DNA of 64,000 nt from the NCBI GenBank assembly GCA_963813455.1, contig CAWEZF010000002.1, positions 185,312-249,311 on the forward strand. Direction: 5' to 3'. Shown one piece after another: positions 18,209 through 28,561 of the stretch. Position 1 is the stretch's first letter. Every line of letters begins with the position of its first letter. Source of the DNA: an uncultured delta proteobacterium. GTDB taxonomy: Bacteria > Desulfobacterota > Syntrophia > Syntrophales > Smithellaceae. The notes beneath the pieces are model-generated. The model had not been told where the DNA came from and made no database searches. It worked only from the letters and a program-made list of their open reading frames with translations. Made by a program: the position numbers and the translations under genes.

Positions 18209-18984
18209 TCTCCAAGAGAATAATCCCCTGCCTGGATGTGCGCGCGGGAAAATTGACAAAAGGAATAAAATTTAAAGGCAACGTGGACATCGGCGATCCG
18301 GTGGAAGCGGCGCGCCAGTATTACGAACAGGGCGCGGACGAAATAGTTTTCTATGACATCACCGCTTCTTCCGACAAACGCGAGATCATGATTGATGTGG
18401 TTAAGCGTGTGTCGGAAACTATTTTCATTCCCTTTTCCGTCGGCGGCGGTGTGCGCAATCTGGAAGACATGCGCAAGGTCATCGGAGCGGGCGCGGAAAA
18501 GGTGAGTGTCAATTCCGCGGCGGTGGAAAATCCGAAAATCATCACGCAGGGCGCGAAAGCTTTCGGCAGCCAGTGCATTGTTCTGGGCATGGATGTGAAA
18601 AAAGTGGAGGAAAACAAAAAAACTCCTTCCGGCTATGAAATCGTGGTGGAAGGCGGCCGTGTTTATACCGGCATCGATGCTCTCTGGTGGGCAAAAGAGG
18701 CGGAGAATCTGGGCGTGGGGGAAATTTGCCTTAATTCCATTGACGCGGACGGCACGCAGGACGGCTATGAAATTAATTTAACCAGGCTTATTTCAGAAAA
18801 CGTGAAAATTCCGGTGATTGCCTCCGGCGGCGCGGGCAAGCCCGAGCATCTGGCGGAAGTCCTGACAGCGGGCAAGGCCGACGCGGCGCTTATAGCCTCG
18901 ATGGTGCATTATAAAACTTATACCATCGCGGGAATTAAGCAGTTTTTGACTGAACGGAAAATCAAAGTAAGAAACATCTGGTAA
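18205..18984 (+). CDS. hisF: imidazole glycerol phosphate synthase cyclase subunit HisF
   Basis: ATG 18205 overlaps the hisH stop (ATGA). [29 protein letters not shown].. is collinear with HisF. Confidence 0.93.
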   Translation: MISKRIIPCLDVRAGKLTKGIKFKGNVDIGDPVEAARQYYEQGADEIVFYDITASSDKREIMIDVVKRVSETIFIPFSVGGGVRNLEDMRKVIGAGAEKVSVNSAAVENPKIITQGAKAFGSQCIVLGMDVKKVEENKKTPSGYEIVVEGGRVYTGIDALWWAKEAENLGVGEICLNSIDADGTQDGYEINLTRLISENVKIPVIASGGAGKPEHLAEVLTAGKADAALIASMVHYKTYTIAGIKQFLTERKIKVRNIW

Positions 18985-19001
18985 TTTCTCAGCAAATGTC
19001 C

Positions 19002-19030
19002 TTGACGAATGACGGCTAGTTTTCTAGATT
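19002..19030 (+). promoter_or_regulatory. candidate sigma70-type promoter for pdxS-pdxT
   Basis: TTGACG (19002-19007), a 17-nt spacer, then TAGATT (19025-19030). Confidence 0.4.
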
Positions 19031-19109
19031 ATCCGGCGCGAAATATTTCCCTATACAAAATGGGTATTAAGTATTAATATTTACAAGGTTTAGTTAGGAG
19101 GCGATTTAA

Positions 19110-19991
19110 GTGGATACAAAAAGACATGAATTAAATATCCAGCTGGCGCAAATGCTCAAAGGCGGCGTCATTATGGATGTAACCAATGTGGAACAGGCAA
19201 AAATTGCCGAGGAAGCGGGGGCGGTGGCGGTAATGGCTCTCGAGCGCGTGCCTGCCGATATACGAAAAGACGGCGGCGTGGCGCGGATGTCCGATCCGGC
19301 GATGATTGCCGATATCAAAAAAGCCGTATCGATTCCGGTGATGGCCAAAGCGCGCATCGGCCATTTTGTCGAGGCGCAGATACTTGAAGCTCTGAAGATT
19401 GATTATATCGATGAAAGCGAAGTTCTTACTCCGGCGGATGAAGAATGCCATATTGATAAAACAAAGTTCAAAATTCCTTTTGTGTGCGGCGCGCGAAACC
19501 TGGGCGAGGCGCTCAGGCGCATTGCCGAAGGCGCGGCGATGATCCGTACCAAAGGCGAGGCGGGAACGGGAAACGTTGTGGAAGCGGTACGCCACATGAG
19601 AACGATGAACCGCGAAATCCGTCAGCTGGTGGAAATGCCCACAGAGGAAGTAACCGGTTTTGCCAAAACCAACGGCCTGCCTTATGAACTGGCGCTTAAA
19701 GTAAAAGAGCTCGGGCGCTTGCAGGTGGTGAATTTCGCCGCGGGCGGCATTGCCACTCCCGCGGACGCGGCGCTGATGATGCAGCTGGGCTGCGACGGAA
19801 TTTTTGTGGGCTCCGGTGTTTTCAAATCCGCGGATCCGGCGCTGCGCGCCAAGGCAATTGTCAAGGCCACAGCTTATTTCAACGATCCGAAAAAAGTGCT
19901 GGAGGCTTCCATGGGTTTAGGCGAGGCGATGCCCGGCCTGGAAATAGGACAAATTCCTCCTGATCAGCTTCTGGCGGGACGCGGCTGGTAA
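19110..19991 (+). CDS. pdxS: pyridoxal 5'-phosphate synthase lyase subunit PdxS
   Basis: 293-aa [41 protein letters not shown].. is the highly conserved PdxS/SNZ sequence. Confidence 0.93.
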   Translation: MDTKRHELNIQLAQMLKGGVIMDVTNVEQAKIAEEAGAVAVMALERVPADIRKDGGVARMSDPAMIADIKKAVSIPVMAKARIGHFVEAQILEALKIDYIDESEVLTPADEECHIDKTKFKIPFVCGARNLGEALRRIAEGAAMIRTKGEAGTGNVVEAVRHMRTMNREIRQLVEMPTEEVTGFAKTNGLPYELALKVKELGRLQVVNFAAGGIATPADAALMMQLGCDGIFVGSGVFKSADPALRAKAIVKATAYFNDPKKVLEASMGLGEAMPGLEIGQIPPDQLLAGRGW

Positions 19992-20002
19992 AACTCAAAA
20001 AT

Positions 20003-20677
20003 ATGTCATTGCATCTGGTAAAAGATACCTCCGCGGCAATTGGTGTTTTGGATCTGCAGGGCGGGGTTTATGAGCACCTGGATCATCTGGAGCGGCTGGG
20101 CATCACGGGCCGCAGGGTGAAAGAAGAAGATGATTTTAATGATTTGGCCGGCCTGATCATTCCCGGTGGCGAAAGCACTTGCCTGAAGCGTCTGCTGGAT
20201 ATTTTTGAATTAAAAGAGGTAATCAGGCGGCATTATCAGCGCGGCATGAAAATCTGGGGCACATGCGCCGGCGCGATTTTATTAGCTGGAAAAATTGTAA
20301 ATGATGAGCCGTGCCTGGGGCTGATTGATATCGAAATTGAGCGCAACAGTTTTGGGTCGCAGTTGGACAGCTTTACCGCGGAGGCGATAATACCGGAAGT
20401 CGCGGTGGAGCCTATTCCCTTGACTTTTATCCGCGCGCCTAAAATTTTGCGCGCGGGCAAAAATGTTAAAATATTGCTGAAAATGGATGATTATATCGCC
20501 GCGGCGGAAAACGAGAATATTTTAGTGACTGTGTTTCATCCGGAACTGACCGGGTGCCTTGCGCTGCATCGTTACTTCGCGCAGAAATGCGGCATAAAGT
20601 CCACCGTAAGTGTTTCCGGCAGCGTTGATTCGCGCTGGCAAAGTCATAGCTGGACACGTCTGGCGCGGATTGTTTGA
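20003..20677 (+). CDS. pdxT: pyridoxal 5'-phosphate synthase glutaminase subunit PdxT
   Basis: IGVLDLQGGVYEH, GLIIPGGEST, WGTCAGAILLA and FHPELT motifs. Carries N- and C-terminal extensions relative to typical ~190-aa PdxT. Confidence 0.85.
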   Translation: MSLHLVKDTSAAIGVLDLQGGVYEHLDHLERLGITGRRVKEEDDFNDLAGLIIPGGESTCLKRLLDIFELKEVIRRHYQRGMKIWGTCAGAILLAGKIVNDEPCLGLIDIEIERNSFGSQLDSFTAEAIIPEVAVEPIPLTFIRAPKILRAGKNVKILLKMDDYIAAAENENILVTVFHPELTGCLALHRYFAQKCGIKSTVSVSGSVDSRWQSHSWTRLARIV

Positions 20678-20707
20678 TTTTTATTTAAACAAAAAGGAGG
20701 GGACGAT

Positions 20708-20986
20708 ATGGAAAAGAAAGACGCGTATGTAGCGAAACTGAAAACAAAGATTGATAAATGGAGCGCGGATATTGATAAGCTGGAAGCCAAGGCGAAAAAA
20801 ACCAAGGATGAATATGACGCGCAGATTAAAACATTGCGTGAAAAATATGAAGTGGCCAAAGTAAAAGTGGCGGAAATCCAGGACGCGAGCGGATCATCCT
20901 GGCAGGATCTCAAAGAAGGGGTGGAAGGCGCCTGGGCTATTTTCAAAAAATCTTTGGACAAGGCCAAAGCCCGTTTTAAAAAATAG
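20708..20986 (+). CDS. small coiled-coil protein, function unknown
   Basis: 92-aa Lys/Glu/Ala-rich ORF preceded by AAAGGAGGGG. Confidence 0.5.
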   Translation: MEKKDAYVAKLKTKIDKWSADIDKLEAKAKKTKDEYDAQIKTLREKYEVAKVKVAEIQDASGSSWQDLKEGVEGAWAIFKKSLDKAKARFKK

Positions 20987-21054
20987 ATTTGAATATCTTC
21001 TGAAAATCTTTTTTATCTGCCCGCCGGCAAAGCGTATTGTCTGTGGATATTTCT

Positions 21055-21828
21055 ATGCGTAATCTTGAAAGTGTTGAAAAGAATTTTTTTTCCGTCGGGC
21101 GCTATTGGGGCAGTCTGAATTCATCCTTCCGCCAAGAGGGGGCTCTCTGCTCGATGCACACCGGTGTGGCAATCTCCGATTTTAACTGGGCTTGGAATGA
21201 AAAACCGCTCGATGACAGCGATATAAAATCCGTTGAAGGTATAAAAGAATTTTACCGGCAGCAGAATCTGCGTTTCTGGTGGTGGGTTTATCCCCGCGGA
21301 AATTCGGCGCAAACCATAGATGTTCTTGAAAACGCGGGAATGAGGCTGATTCAACAGATTCCCTGCATGGCGGCGGATTTTAATATTAAAACGCTAAACG
21401 ACAAAGCGCCTGATGATGCAACAGTTTCTGAGGTTAAAGACACAAACGATTTACTTGTCTGGGCGGATATTTCATTTGGCGGTTTTCAGATGCCCGAGCG
21501 CACCCGGGAACAATACGATAATTTTGTTTTATCGTTTCAAAGAGGGAATAAAGAAGCGCAAAAATTATTTTTGGCTTATATCGATAAAAAACCTGTGGCC
21601 ACATCTTTGCTTTTTATGGATAAAGATACGGCGGGAATTTATTATGTTTCGACGCTTCCGGCGTATCGCAACAAAGGATTAGGTTTTTATGTAACGCTGG
21701 CCGCGATGCAGGCCGCTAAAGTTGCGGGCTTTAAAAATGTTATTTTGCAGGCAACACCCGCAGGCGCGAAAGTCTACCGCCGGATCGGTTTTAATGAATA
21801 TTGCCAGGCTCAAATATACAAGCTCTAA
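21055..21828 (+). CDS. GNAT-family N-acetyltransferase
   Basis: ORF 21037..21828 (TTG); the first ATG is at 21055. The C-terminal half (YVSTLPAYRNKGLGFYVTLAAMQAAKVAGF..ATPAGAKVYRRIGF) has the acetyl-CoA-binding R/Q-x-x-G-x-G/A pattern. Confidence 0.65.
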   Translation: MRNLESVEKNFFSVGRYWGSLNSSFRQEGALCSMHTGVAISDFNWAWNEKPLDDSDIKSVEGIKEFYRQQNLRFWWWVYPRGNSAQTIDVLENAGMRLIQQIPCMAADFNIKTLNDKAPDDATVSEVKDTNDLLVWADISFGGFQMPERTREQYDNFVLSFQRGNKEAQKLFLAYIDKKPVATSLLFMDKDTAGIYYVSTLPAYRNKGLGFYVTLAAMQAAKVAGFKNVILQATPAGAKVYRRIGFNEYCQAQIYKL

Positions 21829-21967
21829 AACTTCATAATCGTGAGGGGCGGTTGTTTGGTCTTGCCGAAAACCTTCTATATCGTTGTGGAAATGTTAAGA
21901 GTGTTCTGTTATAAATACGCCATAATGATTCGCAACTTATCGCTTTGAAAAATAAAGAGAGCGCATT

Positions 21968-23188
21968 ATGCCTATAGAAGATCTGAAGAAACTAAAGATT
22001 GAAAAAGCGGATAAAGTTATCATTACCGCCGGCCGAAAGAAGAAACCATTCATCATCGCCGCCATTATCCTTATGTTTTTGATATCCGTCATTCTTTACA
22101 GGGCGGGAATCATCGCCCCGGCAACAACCGTGGATGTAACAACCGTCTCTCAGGTTTATCCTTCCCAGTCCCTTTCTATATTGAATGCCAGTGGTTATAT
22201 CGTTGCCCAGCGCAAAGCAGCGGTAGCCTCCAAAATGACAGGGCGCCTGGTGGCGCTGAATGTAGAAGAAGGAAGTAAAATTAAAAAAGGACAGATAATC
22301 GCGCGAATGGAGAGTGCGGATGTAAGTGCGGCCAGAGATCAGGCCGCCGCTAACCTCAATACTGTCCGCGCTAATCTGGAACAGGTAAGGGCGGATAGAG
22401 ACAATCTCGAGAAGGACCACGCGCGTTATCAAAGGTTGGCCGAAGGCGGTTATGTTGCCCAGTCTGAATACGACGCGATCAAAACCCGCTACAGGCGCGC
22501 CGTCGAAGGAGTCAAGGCGGCAGAGGCTAATGTAACGGGAGCATCTGCTGCTCTTGCAGGTGCCAGAGCTAACCTTGATTACACTTTGATCCGCGCTCCG
22601 TTTGATGGAGTGGTGCTGACTAAAAATGCTGATGTCGGCGATATAGTTTCTCCTCTGGGAGCCGCCGCCACAGCGAAAGCCGCCGTGGTAACAATTGCCG
22701 ATATGAGCTCTCTGCAAGTCGAGGTAGATGTTTCGGAAACCAGCATTGTATCAATCCGGACAGGCCAGCCTTGCGACATCCAACTTGATGCTTTGGCGGA
22801 TATGAGATTCCGCGGCGAGGTTCACGCCATTGTGCCGACAGTTGACCGCAGCAAGGCAACTGTTTTGGTAAAAGTGCGATTTCTTGATAAAGATCCCCGC
22901 ATGCTGCCGGATATGAGCGCGAAAGTATCTTTTCTTTCCCGCAAACTCAATCCCGAAGAACTGAAACCGCGTGTCGCGGTAAATCAAGCAGCATTGATCA
23001 ACCGTGATAATCAAAACGTTGTTTTACTTCTACGGGGTACCAATGTTCAGCAAATATCACCAAAACTGGGGAAAAATCTGGGCGACATGGTGGAAGTAAC
23101 GGAAGGACTTAAGCCTGGTGACCGCGTTGTCATCAATCCGCCCAAAGGTTTGAAAGACGGATCTAAAATAAAAATTGCGGAAAGATAG
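21968..23188 (+). CDS. efflux transporter periplasmic adaptor subunit (HlyD/MacA-like)
   Basis: 406-aa ORF with an N-terminal TM, a lipoyl-like segment (GRLVALNVEEGSKIKKGQIIARME), a long coiled-coil hairpin and a beta-barrel region (IRAPFDGVV). Confidence 0.85.
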   Translation: MPIEDLKKLKIEKADKVIITAGRKKKPFIIAAIILMFLISVILYRAGIIAPATTVDVTTVSQVYPSQSLSILNASGYIVAQRKAAVASKMTGRLVALNVEEGSKIKKGQIIARMESADVSAARDQAAANLNTVRANLEQVRADRDNLEKDHARYQRLAEGGYVAQSEYDAIKTRYRRAVEGVKAAEANVTGASAALAGARANLDYTLIRAPFDGVVLTKNADVGDIVSPLGAAATAKAAVVTIADMSSLQVEVDVSETSIVSIRTGQPCDIQLDALADMRFRGEVHAIVPTVDRSKATVLVKVRFLDKDPRMLPDMSAKVSFLSRKLNPEELKPRVAVNQAALINRDNQNVVLLLRGTNVQQISPKLGKNLGDMVEVTEGLKPGDRVVINPPKGLKDGSKIKIAER

Positions 23189-23240
23189 GAAGCGCCCTCC
23201 CGATAATTCCGGGAACAAACTATCAGATAAGGAGGAAGGT

Positions 23241-23690
23241 ATGAATACCACAGGCAAGAAAGAATTATTTTTTGCTGTTGCTATCGTTACTTTATTTGTG
23301 TTTTTAGTTATTAGCGCCATCGCCGCCGACAAGATCGTCGGTCAATGGAACTATTCGACTTCCAATCATTGGGCAAAAGGACCTGTTCCTTCGGGATCAT
23401 CAAGTAAAGGAATTATAGTTATCACGCAAACAGGCTCTCAGTATAAAATGGAGATTAAATCGGGCATGGTTTTTAGTCCGCCTTCGTTAAAGTATTTTAC
23501 AGGGATAAAAAAAGATCAGGAGTACATTTTTACCAATAGCGCAAAAGTTGACAATGAAGGCGGTTTGGCCAAAAACACCTGTACATTAAAAATGACTAGC
23601 GGCAACACCTCCAAGGGCAAATCATTTTCCTCATATACCAACAGTGGCATCACGTTTTCCTGGGGCTTTGACATGGCATTAAAGAAATGA
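23241..23690 (+). CDS. small secreted/anchored protein of unknown function embedded in the efflux cluster
   Basis: ATG 23241 follows AAGGAGGAAGG. Signal/anchor segment LFFAVAIVTLFVFLVISAIAA, then a Ser/Thr/Gly-rich, beta-strand-like sequence. Confidence 0.5.
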   Translation: MNTTGKKELFFAVAIVTLFVFLVISAIAADKIVGQWNYSTSNHWAKGPVPSGSSSKGIIVITQTGSQYKMEIKSGMVFSPPSLKYFTGIKKDQEYIFTNSAKVDNEGGLAKNTCTLKMTSGNTSKGKSFSSYTNSGITFSWGFDMALKK

Positions 23691-23746
23691 CATTGCAAAC
23701 TACGCAAGCTTGTATAAAAACCTGCACCCAACCATGACAATATTAT

Positions 23747-24460
23747 ATGATTGTTACTGAAAAGAATAACACGATTGTCGAAATAAAAAATGTTTACAAA
23801 TGCTATCATCGGGAAAGCCTGATTGTGCCCGTGCTGCATGACATTACGTTTGATATTGCCGAAGGAGAATTCCTGGCGCTCATGGGACCATCCGGTTCCG
23901 GAAAAACCACCCTTTTAAATCTTCTTGCCGGAATAGACAAGGTGGATGAGGGCACAATTCGTATCGGCGATGTCGATATTACCACTCTTTCGGAAACTGA
24001 GCTTGCCCATTGGCGCGCCAATCACGTCGGCTTTATTTTTCAATTCTACAATCTGATTCCCGTGCTAAAGGCCATTGAAAACGTGGAGCTGCCTCTCCAT
24101 CTGACATCATTGCCGAAGAAAGAGAGACGCGAACACGCGGAAATGGCGCTGAAGATGGTTGGACTGGCCCACAGGATGGATCATTACCCCGGTGAGATGT
24201 CCGGCGGTGAGCAGCAGCGGGTAGCCATCGCCCGCGCCATTGTGACTGATCCTACTATTCTTGTTGCCGACGAACCCACGGGGGATCTCGATCGCGTCTC
24301 TGCTGAAGAAATTCTTTCGATGCTTGAGAGACTCAACGCGGAGATGGGCAAGACCATCATCATGGTAACCCATGACCCGCGCGCGGCACAGCGGGCGAAA
24401 GTCCTGCGGCATCTGGATAAAGGGTATCTGAACGATGATGATTCTCAAAATCCTCTTTAG
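23747..24460 (+). CDS. ABC transporter ATP-binding protein (MacB/LolD-type)
   Basis: Walker [10 protein letters not shown], signature [14 protein letters not shown], Walker [13 protein letters not shown]. Confidence 0.92.
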   Translation: MIVTEKNNTIVEIKNVYKCYHRESLIVPVLHDITFDIAEGEFLALMGPSGSGKTTLLNLLAGIDKVDEGTIRIGDVDITTLSETELAHWRANHVGFIFQFYNLIPVLKAIENVELPLHLTSLPKKERREHAEMALKMVGLAHRMDHYPGEMSGGEQQRVAIARAIVTDPTILVADEPTGDLDRVSAEEILSMLERLNAEMGKTIIMVTHDPRAAQRAKVLRHLDKGYLNDDDSQNPL

Positions 24461-25592
24461 AAATGCCTTTCATAATAAGCTTCGCAGCAGCCTCACCATC
24501 CTTGGTATCGCCGTAGCGATTCTGGCTTTTGGTCTTTTGCGGACAGTAATCAGTTCTTGGTATTCCGGTGTGGAAGCCGCTTCAACTACACGCCTGGTCA
24601 CCCGTAATGCCATCTCGATTATTTTTCCACTGCCCATTTCTTATCAGGAAAAAATCCGCCAGATCGCGGGAGTTAAAACCGTTTCCTATGGCAACTGGTT
24701 TGGCGGTGTTTATATCGAGGAGAAAAACTTTTTCCCTAATTTTTGCGTGGAACCCAAAACATATTTTCAGCTCTACCCGGAATTTGTTTTGGATCCGCTG
24801 CAGGAAAAGGCGTTTCTTGCCGACCGCAAAGGATTTGTTGCCGGCAGAAAACTTGCGTCAAGATTCGGCTGGAAGATTGGAGATTCGGTAACCCTTAAAG
24901 GAACAATATACCTTGGTAACTGGGATTTTGTGCTCCGCGCCATTTATCATGGCCGTGACGAAACAGTCGACGAAACCCAGTTTTTTTTCCACTGGAACTA
25001 CCTCAATGAAGTTATAAAAAAAAGGTCTCCTGACTGGGCCGATAAAGTCGGTTTTTATATGGTTGGAATCAGCAGGCCCGATATTGCGCCGGATGTGGCT
25101 TTAGCTATTGACAGCTCCTTTAAAAATTCTCTGGCCGAAACATTGACAGAAACGGAAAAAGCGTTCAATCAGGGCTTCATCGCCATGAGCGGAGCAATCG
25201 TCACCGCCATCCAGATGATTTCTTTCGTCGTCATCTTCATTATCATGGCGGTAGTTGCCAACACGATGGCGATGACGACACGGGAGCGCACAGGCGATTA
25301 CTCCATTATGAAGACTCTGGGTTTCGGCGCCAAAGATATAACTATTCTTATTTTTGGCGAATCACTGGTCATTACCGCGACCGGATGCATCATCGGAATA
25401 ATCCTAACTTTTCCCGCGGCAAAGGCTTTCGGCCATAGTCTGGCCAATTATTTTCCGGTTTTTCTCGTCTCGGCGAAAACGATTTATTATGATATCGTCG
25501 CTGCTTTTCTCATCGCGGTTCTGGCAGCGATTATCCCGACGCGTCACGCCATTCGTATTCGCATTGCCGATGGCTTAAGGAGGATTGGCTGA
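24435..25592 (+). CDS. ABC transporter permease (FtsX/MacB-type) 1
   Basis: 385-aa ORF. One TM, a large periplasmic domain, then three C-terminal TMs with an FtsX-like sequence (..[15 protein letters not shown]..). Confidence 0.85.
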   Translation: MMILKILFRNAFHNKLRSSLTILGIAVAILAFGLLRTVISSWYSGVEAASTTRLVTRNAISIIFPLPISYQEKIRQIAGVKTVSYGNWFGGVYIEEKNFFPNFCVEPKTYFQLYPEFVLDPLQEKAFLADRKGFVAGRKLASRFGWKIGDSVTLKGTIYLGNWDFVLRAIYHGRDETVDETQFFFHWNYLNEVIKKRSPDWADKVGFYMVGISRPDIAPDVALAIDSSFKNSLAETLTETEKAFNQGFIAMSGAIVTAIQMISFVVIFIIMAVVANTMAMTTRERTGDYSIMKTLGFGAKDITILIFGESLVITATGCIIGIILTFPAAKAFGHSLANYFPVFLVSAKTIYYDIVAAFLIAVLAAIIPTRHAIRIRIADGLRRIG

Positions 25593-26767
25593 TGGCTGTT
25601 CCCATTTCCTACAGCATCCGCAATCTCTGGAAACGCAGATTGACAACAGTGTTAACCGTATCCGGCATGGCGCTGGTTGTCTTTGTTTTTGCCGCCGTGT
25701 TGATGATGGCCGCGGGACTACAAAAAACACTTGTGGAGACAGGGTCAAGTAACAACGTTGTGGTCGTGCGTAAAGGCTCGTCATCGGAAGTCATGAGCTT
25801 TATCGAACGTAATCCGGCATCCATTGTGGAAATGCTGCCGCAGATCGCGATGAGCGCAGATGGGAAACGGCTAGTCGCCAAAGAATCCGTTGTTCTTATC
25901 GCCTTGCAAAAACGCGGTTCCGAAAAAACATCAAGCCATTCCAATGTTGTAGTGCGCGGCGTGCAGGAACAATCACTTCCTCTGCGGCCGCAGGTGAAGC
26001 TTGTTGCCGGACGCATGTTCAGAATGGGATCATCAGAAGTTATTGTCGGAAACAGCATTGCCAAAGGATTTCAGAGTGTCGGGCTGCAGGGAACGCTTAA
26101 CTGGGGTATGCGGACATGGACGGTTGTCGGCATTTTTGACGCGGGCAATACGGGTTTCAGTTCAGAAATCTGGGGTGACGTGGATCAGATCATGCAGGCT
26201 TTTCGGCGGCCTGTTTATTCATCGCTGATTTTCCAATTGCAAAACTCTGCGGATTTTCCGCAGGCAAAATCTGCCATTGAAACAGATCCACGGTTGAAAC
26301 TGGAAGCCAAAAGAGAGACAAGGTATTATCTTGATCAATCGGAAATGATGGCAAAGTTTCTGCGGATTCTTGGCATGTCGCTTACCATAATCTTTTCTAT
26401 AGGCGCGATTATCGGGGCAATGATTACAATGTATTCAGCCGTGGCCACCCGCACTGCGGAGATCGGCACACTAAGGGCGCTTGGTTTCCGCAGACGAAAT
26501 ATTTTGCTGGCGTTTCTGGCCGAGTCGCTTTTGCTGGGTTTTATCGGGGGCTTTGTAGGATTATTCTTTGCATCATTTATGCAGTTCATCACCGTTTCCA
26601 CCGTAAATTTTCAGACCTTTTCCGAACTGGCTTTTAAATTTACTCTCAGTCCTCACATTATTATTGAGGCGATGTTCTTTGCGCTGATTATGGGACTCAT
26701 CGGCGGCGTATTGCCCGCTTTGCGTGCCTCACGCATGAACATAGTTGATGCTTTAAGAGCAACGTAA
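25592..26767 (+). CDS. ABC transporter permease (FtsX/MacB-type) 2
   Basis: 391-aa paralogue with the same topology (..RTAEIGTLRALGF..). Its start overlaps the preceding stop. Confidence 0.85.
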   Translation: MAVPISYSIRNLWKRRLTTVLTVSGMALVVFVFAAVLMMAAGLQKTLVETGSSNNVVVVRKGSSSEVMSFIERNPASIVEMLPQIAMSADGKRLVAKESVVLIALQKRGSEKTSSHSNVVVRGVQEQSLPLRPQVKLVAGRMFRMGSSEVIVGNSIAKGFQSVGLQGTLNWGMRTWTVVGIFDAGNTGFSSEIWGDVDQIMQAFRRPVYSSLIFQLQNSADFPQAKSAIETDPRLKLEAKRETRYYLDQSEMMAKFLRILGMSLTIIFSIGAIIGAMITMYSAVATRTAEIGTLRALGFRRRNILLAFLAESLLLGFIGGFVGLFFASFMQFITVSTVNFQTFSELAFKFTLSPHIIIEAMFFALIMGLIGGVLPALRASRMNIVDALRAT

Positions 26768-26826
26768 ATAAAATATTTGAAAATATGTTTGTTTGATTTT
26801 TGTAGTGCTTTTGTTGCGTCTCTCGG

Positions 26827-27363
26827 CTATTTCATCTTTGATCTCAGCTTAATCTTCTTGCCGGCGACTATGAAATTTCCGCTTCCCAGATGATGAATTG
26901 TTTTCGGGTTTTTCACCGTTGGGTCAATCCATGCTTTGACGACTTCCAGAACAAAAAAACAGTAATCGGCAAGCATTCGCGTATCCACAACCCGGCATTC
27001 CAAATTCGCGTAACATTCTTTGATAAGCGGTGCGCCGACTTTGGCGGCGGGCTGCGGCGTCAGGCCGAATTTTTTGAATTTATCTGTTTTGGCGCCGGAA
27101 ACATTGCCGCAATTTACTGTTTGCTGGGCAATTTTTTGTGTTGGTATATTTATGACGCATTCTTTGGTAGCTTTTAAGAAACGATATGAATAGTTGCAGT
27201 TGCTGATAACGCAGCCTACCAGCGGCGGTTCGAATTCCATCATGGTATGCCAGGACATGGCCATAATGTTAGTTTTTTCTTTTTTTGCCGTGGTAACCAA
27301 TACAACCGGACCCGGTTCCAAAAGAGCGTAAACTTTAGATAAAGGGAATAATTTTTTCGTCAT
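26827..27363 (-). CDS. flavin reductase family protein (FMN-binding split barrel)
   Basis: 178-aa ORF. PVVLVTT..NIMAMSWHTMMEFEPPLVGCVIS.. is typical of Flavin_Reduct domain proteins. Confidence 0.8.
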   Translation of the reverse strand: MTKKLFPLSKVYALLEPGPVVLVTTAKKEKTNIMAMSWHTMMEFEPPLVGCVISNCNYSYRFLKATKECVINIPTQKIAQQTVNCGNVSGAKTDKFKKFGLTPQPAAKVGAPLIKECYANLECRVVDTRMLADYCFFVLEVVKAWIDPTVKNPKTIHHLGSGNFIVAGKKIKLRSKMK

Positions 27364-27369
27364 ATTGCG

Positions 27370-27969
27370 TTAAATATTTTTCATAAAGTAGGAAATAAGC
27401 GAAAAGGCCAGAAGTATTCCTGATATCCATTTCAGCAAACTAAGTATCGGCATAATTTCACCAACACGACGATCTGGTTTTAATATTAATTTTTGAAGCG
27501 TTTCTGATTTTGGAACTATAAAAGTTGCCGCAAAAGTGAGGGCAATGGCGATCACACTATAGATGCCGTCTTGTTGCTTTTCTCCAAAAAGCAGTAAAGT
27601 GCTCCAACACAAAATTGCAACGATCAAAAAGAACCAGCGCACGGGGATTCCTTTTCTTAAACGCGATGGATCGGCAATTCCTGAAGGAATAAAGCCATGC
27701 TGATTTAATTTGATAGTTAATTCGTTGGCCCCGCCTTTATAATTTAATGAAATTTTTTCCGGATAATCCGCCACATTATGCTTAATAAAGATATTGCCGC
27801 CGTAAAGTCCCTTGTTGGACTCGAAACCGATAATATCGTTGGGCACGAATTTATAAGTTCCCAATAAAGTAACCTTGAAAGCCAATTCGCTTGGAGTAAC
27901 AGAAAGTTTGCTGCCCGGGAAGTTTGAGCGGACTCCGCCTATCCGTGCGGAAGAAATACTGATATCCAT
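27370..27969 (-). CDS. hypothetical membrane protein
   Basis: 199-aa ORF with a soluble N-terminal domain followed by 3-4 TM helices. No family recognised. Confidence 0.5.
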   Translation of the reverse strand: MDISISSARIGGVRSNFPGSKLSVTPSELAFKVTLLGTYKFVPNDIIGFESNKGLYGGNIFIKHNVADYPEKISLNYKGGANELTIKLNQHGFIPSGIADPSRLRKGIPVRWFFLIVAILCWSTLLLFGEKQQDGIYSVIAIALTFAATFIVPKSETLQKLILKPDRRVGEIMPILSLLKWISGILLAFSLISYFMKNI

Positions 27970-28121
27970 TTTTACCTCTAAACCAGCTGCAATTACTTTT
28001 TATATTTATACTATATCAGGCAAGGAACTGCAAACTTGCCATATTGCTATTTGCGGTTTTAGCTTTTACTAGCAACAATTAATAATTTACTTAAGTGAGC
28101 ATATAGTGTATAGACGCGCAT

Positions 28122-28487
28122 ATGAAAAAAATAATTATCCTGAGCATTGCGCTGATTGTTTTGGCCTCTCTTTGCTTTGCCAATGAGGCAAAGCAGGTAA
28201 AACCAATGACGGTGAGAATCGGCGATAGTTTTACCATCACTTTGCGCGCGAATATGTCTACGGGTTACCAGTGGCAAGTAACAACGCTAGATGAAACGAT
28301 GCTCCAGCTGGTTAATTCAGAATACATACCATACAAAAACAAGCGCCTGGGCGCGGATGGAAAGCAGCTGTGGACTTTTAAAGCGCTTAAAGCGGGAGAG
28401 ACCAGTATTGCGTTTAAGTATGTCCGGCCCCACGAAAAAGAAAAACCGCCGGAAAGACAACAGACAATTCCAATTCTGATTAAGTAA
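28122..28487 (+). CDS. secreted peptidase-inhibitor I42 (chagasin-like) family protein
   Basis: Signal peptide, then GDSFTITLRANMSTGYQWQV (the NPTTGY-x-W-like motif) and ..WTFKALKAGETSIAFKY... Confidence 0.7.
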   Translation: MKKIIILSIALIVLASLCFANEAKQVKPMTVRIGDSFTITLRANMSTGYQWQVTTLDETMLQLVNSEYIPYKNKRLGADGKQLWTFKALKAGETSIAFKYVRPHEKEKPPERQQTIPILIK

Positions 28488-28561
28488 TAATTAAGAACAC
28501 ATTTTGAGCAAGAAGCTATTGATTTTTGGAAGGGACAGATTGCTCTTTTGAGATGAACATT

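Noticed and set aside
21992-22717. 241-aa minus-strand ORF opposite the efflux adaptor gene
   Set aside because: A shadow ORF of the HlyD-like CDS. The same applies to 53939..54511 (opposite serA), 50378..50950 (opposite the TIGR01777 gene), 61779..62456 (opposite the kef antiporter), and 45900..46352, 46403..46945 and 47596..47964 (opposite groEL/groES).
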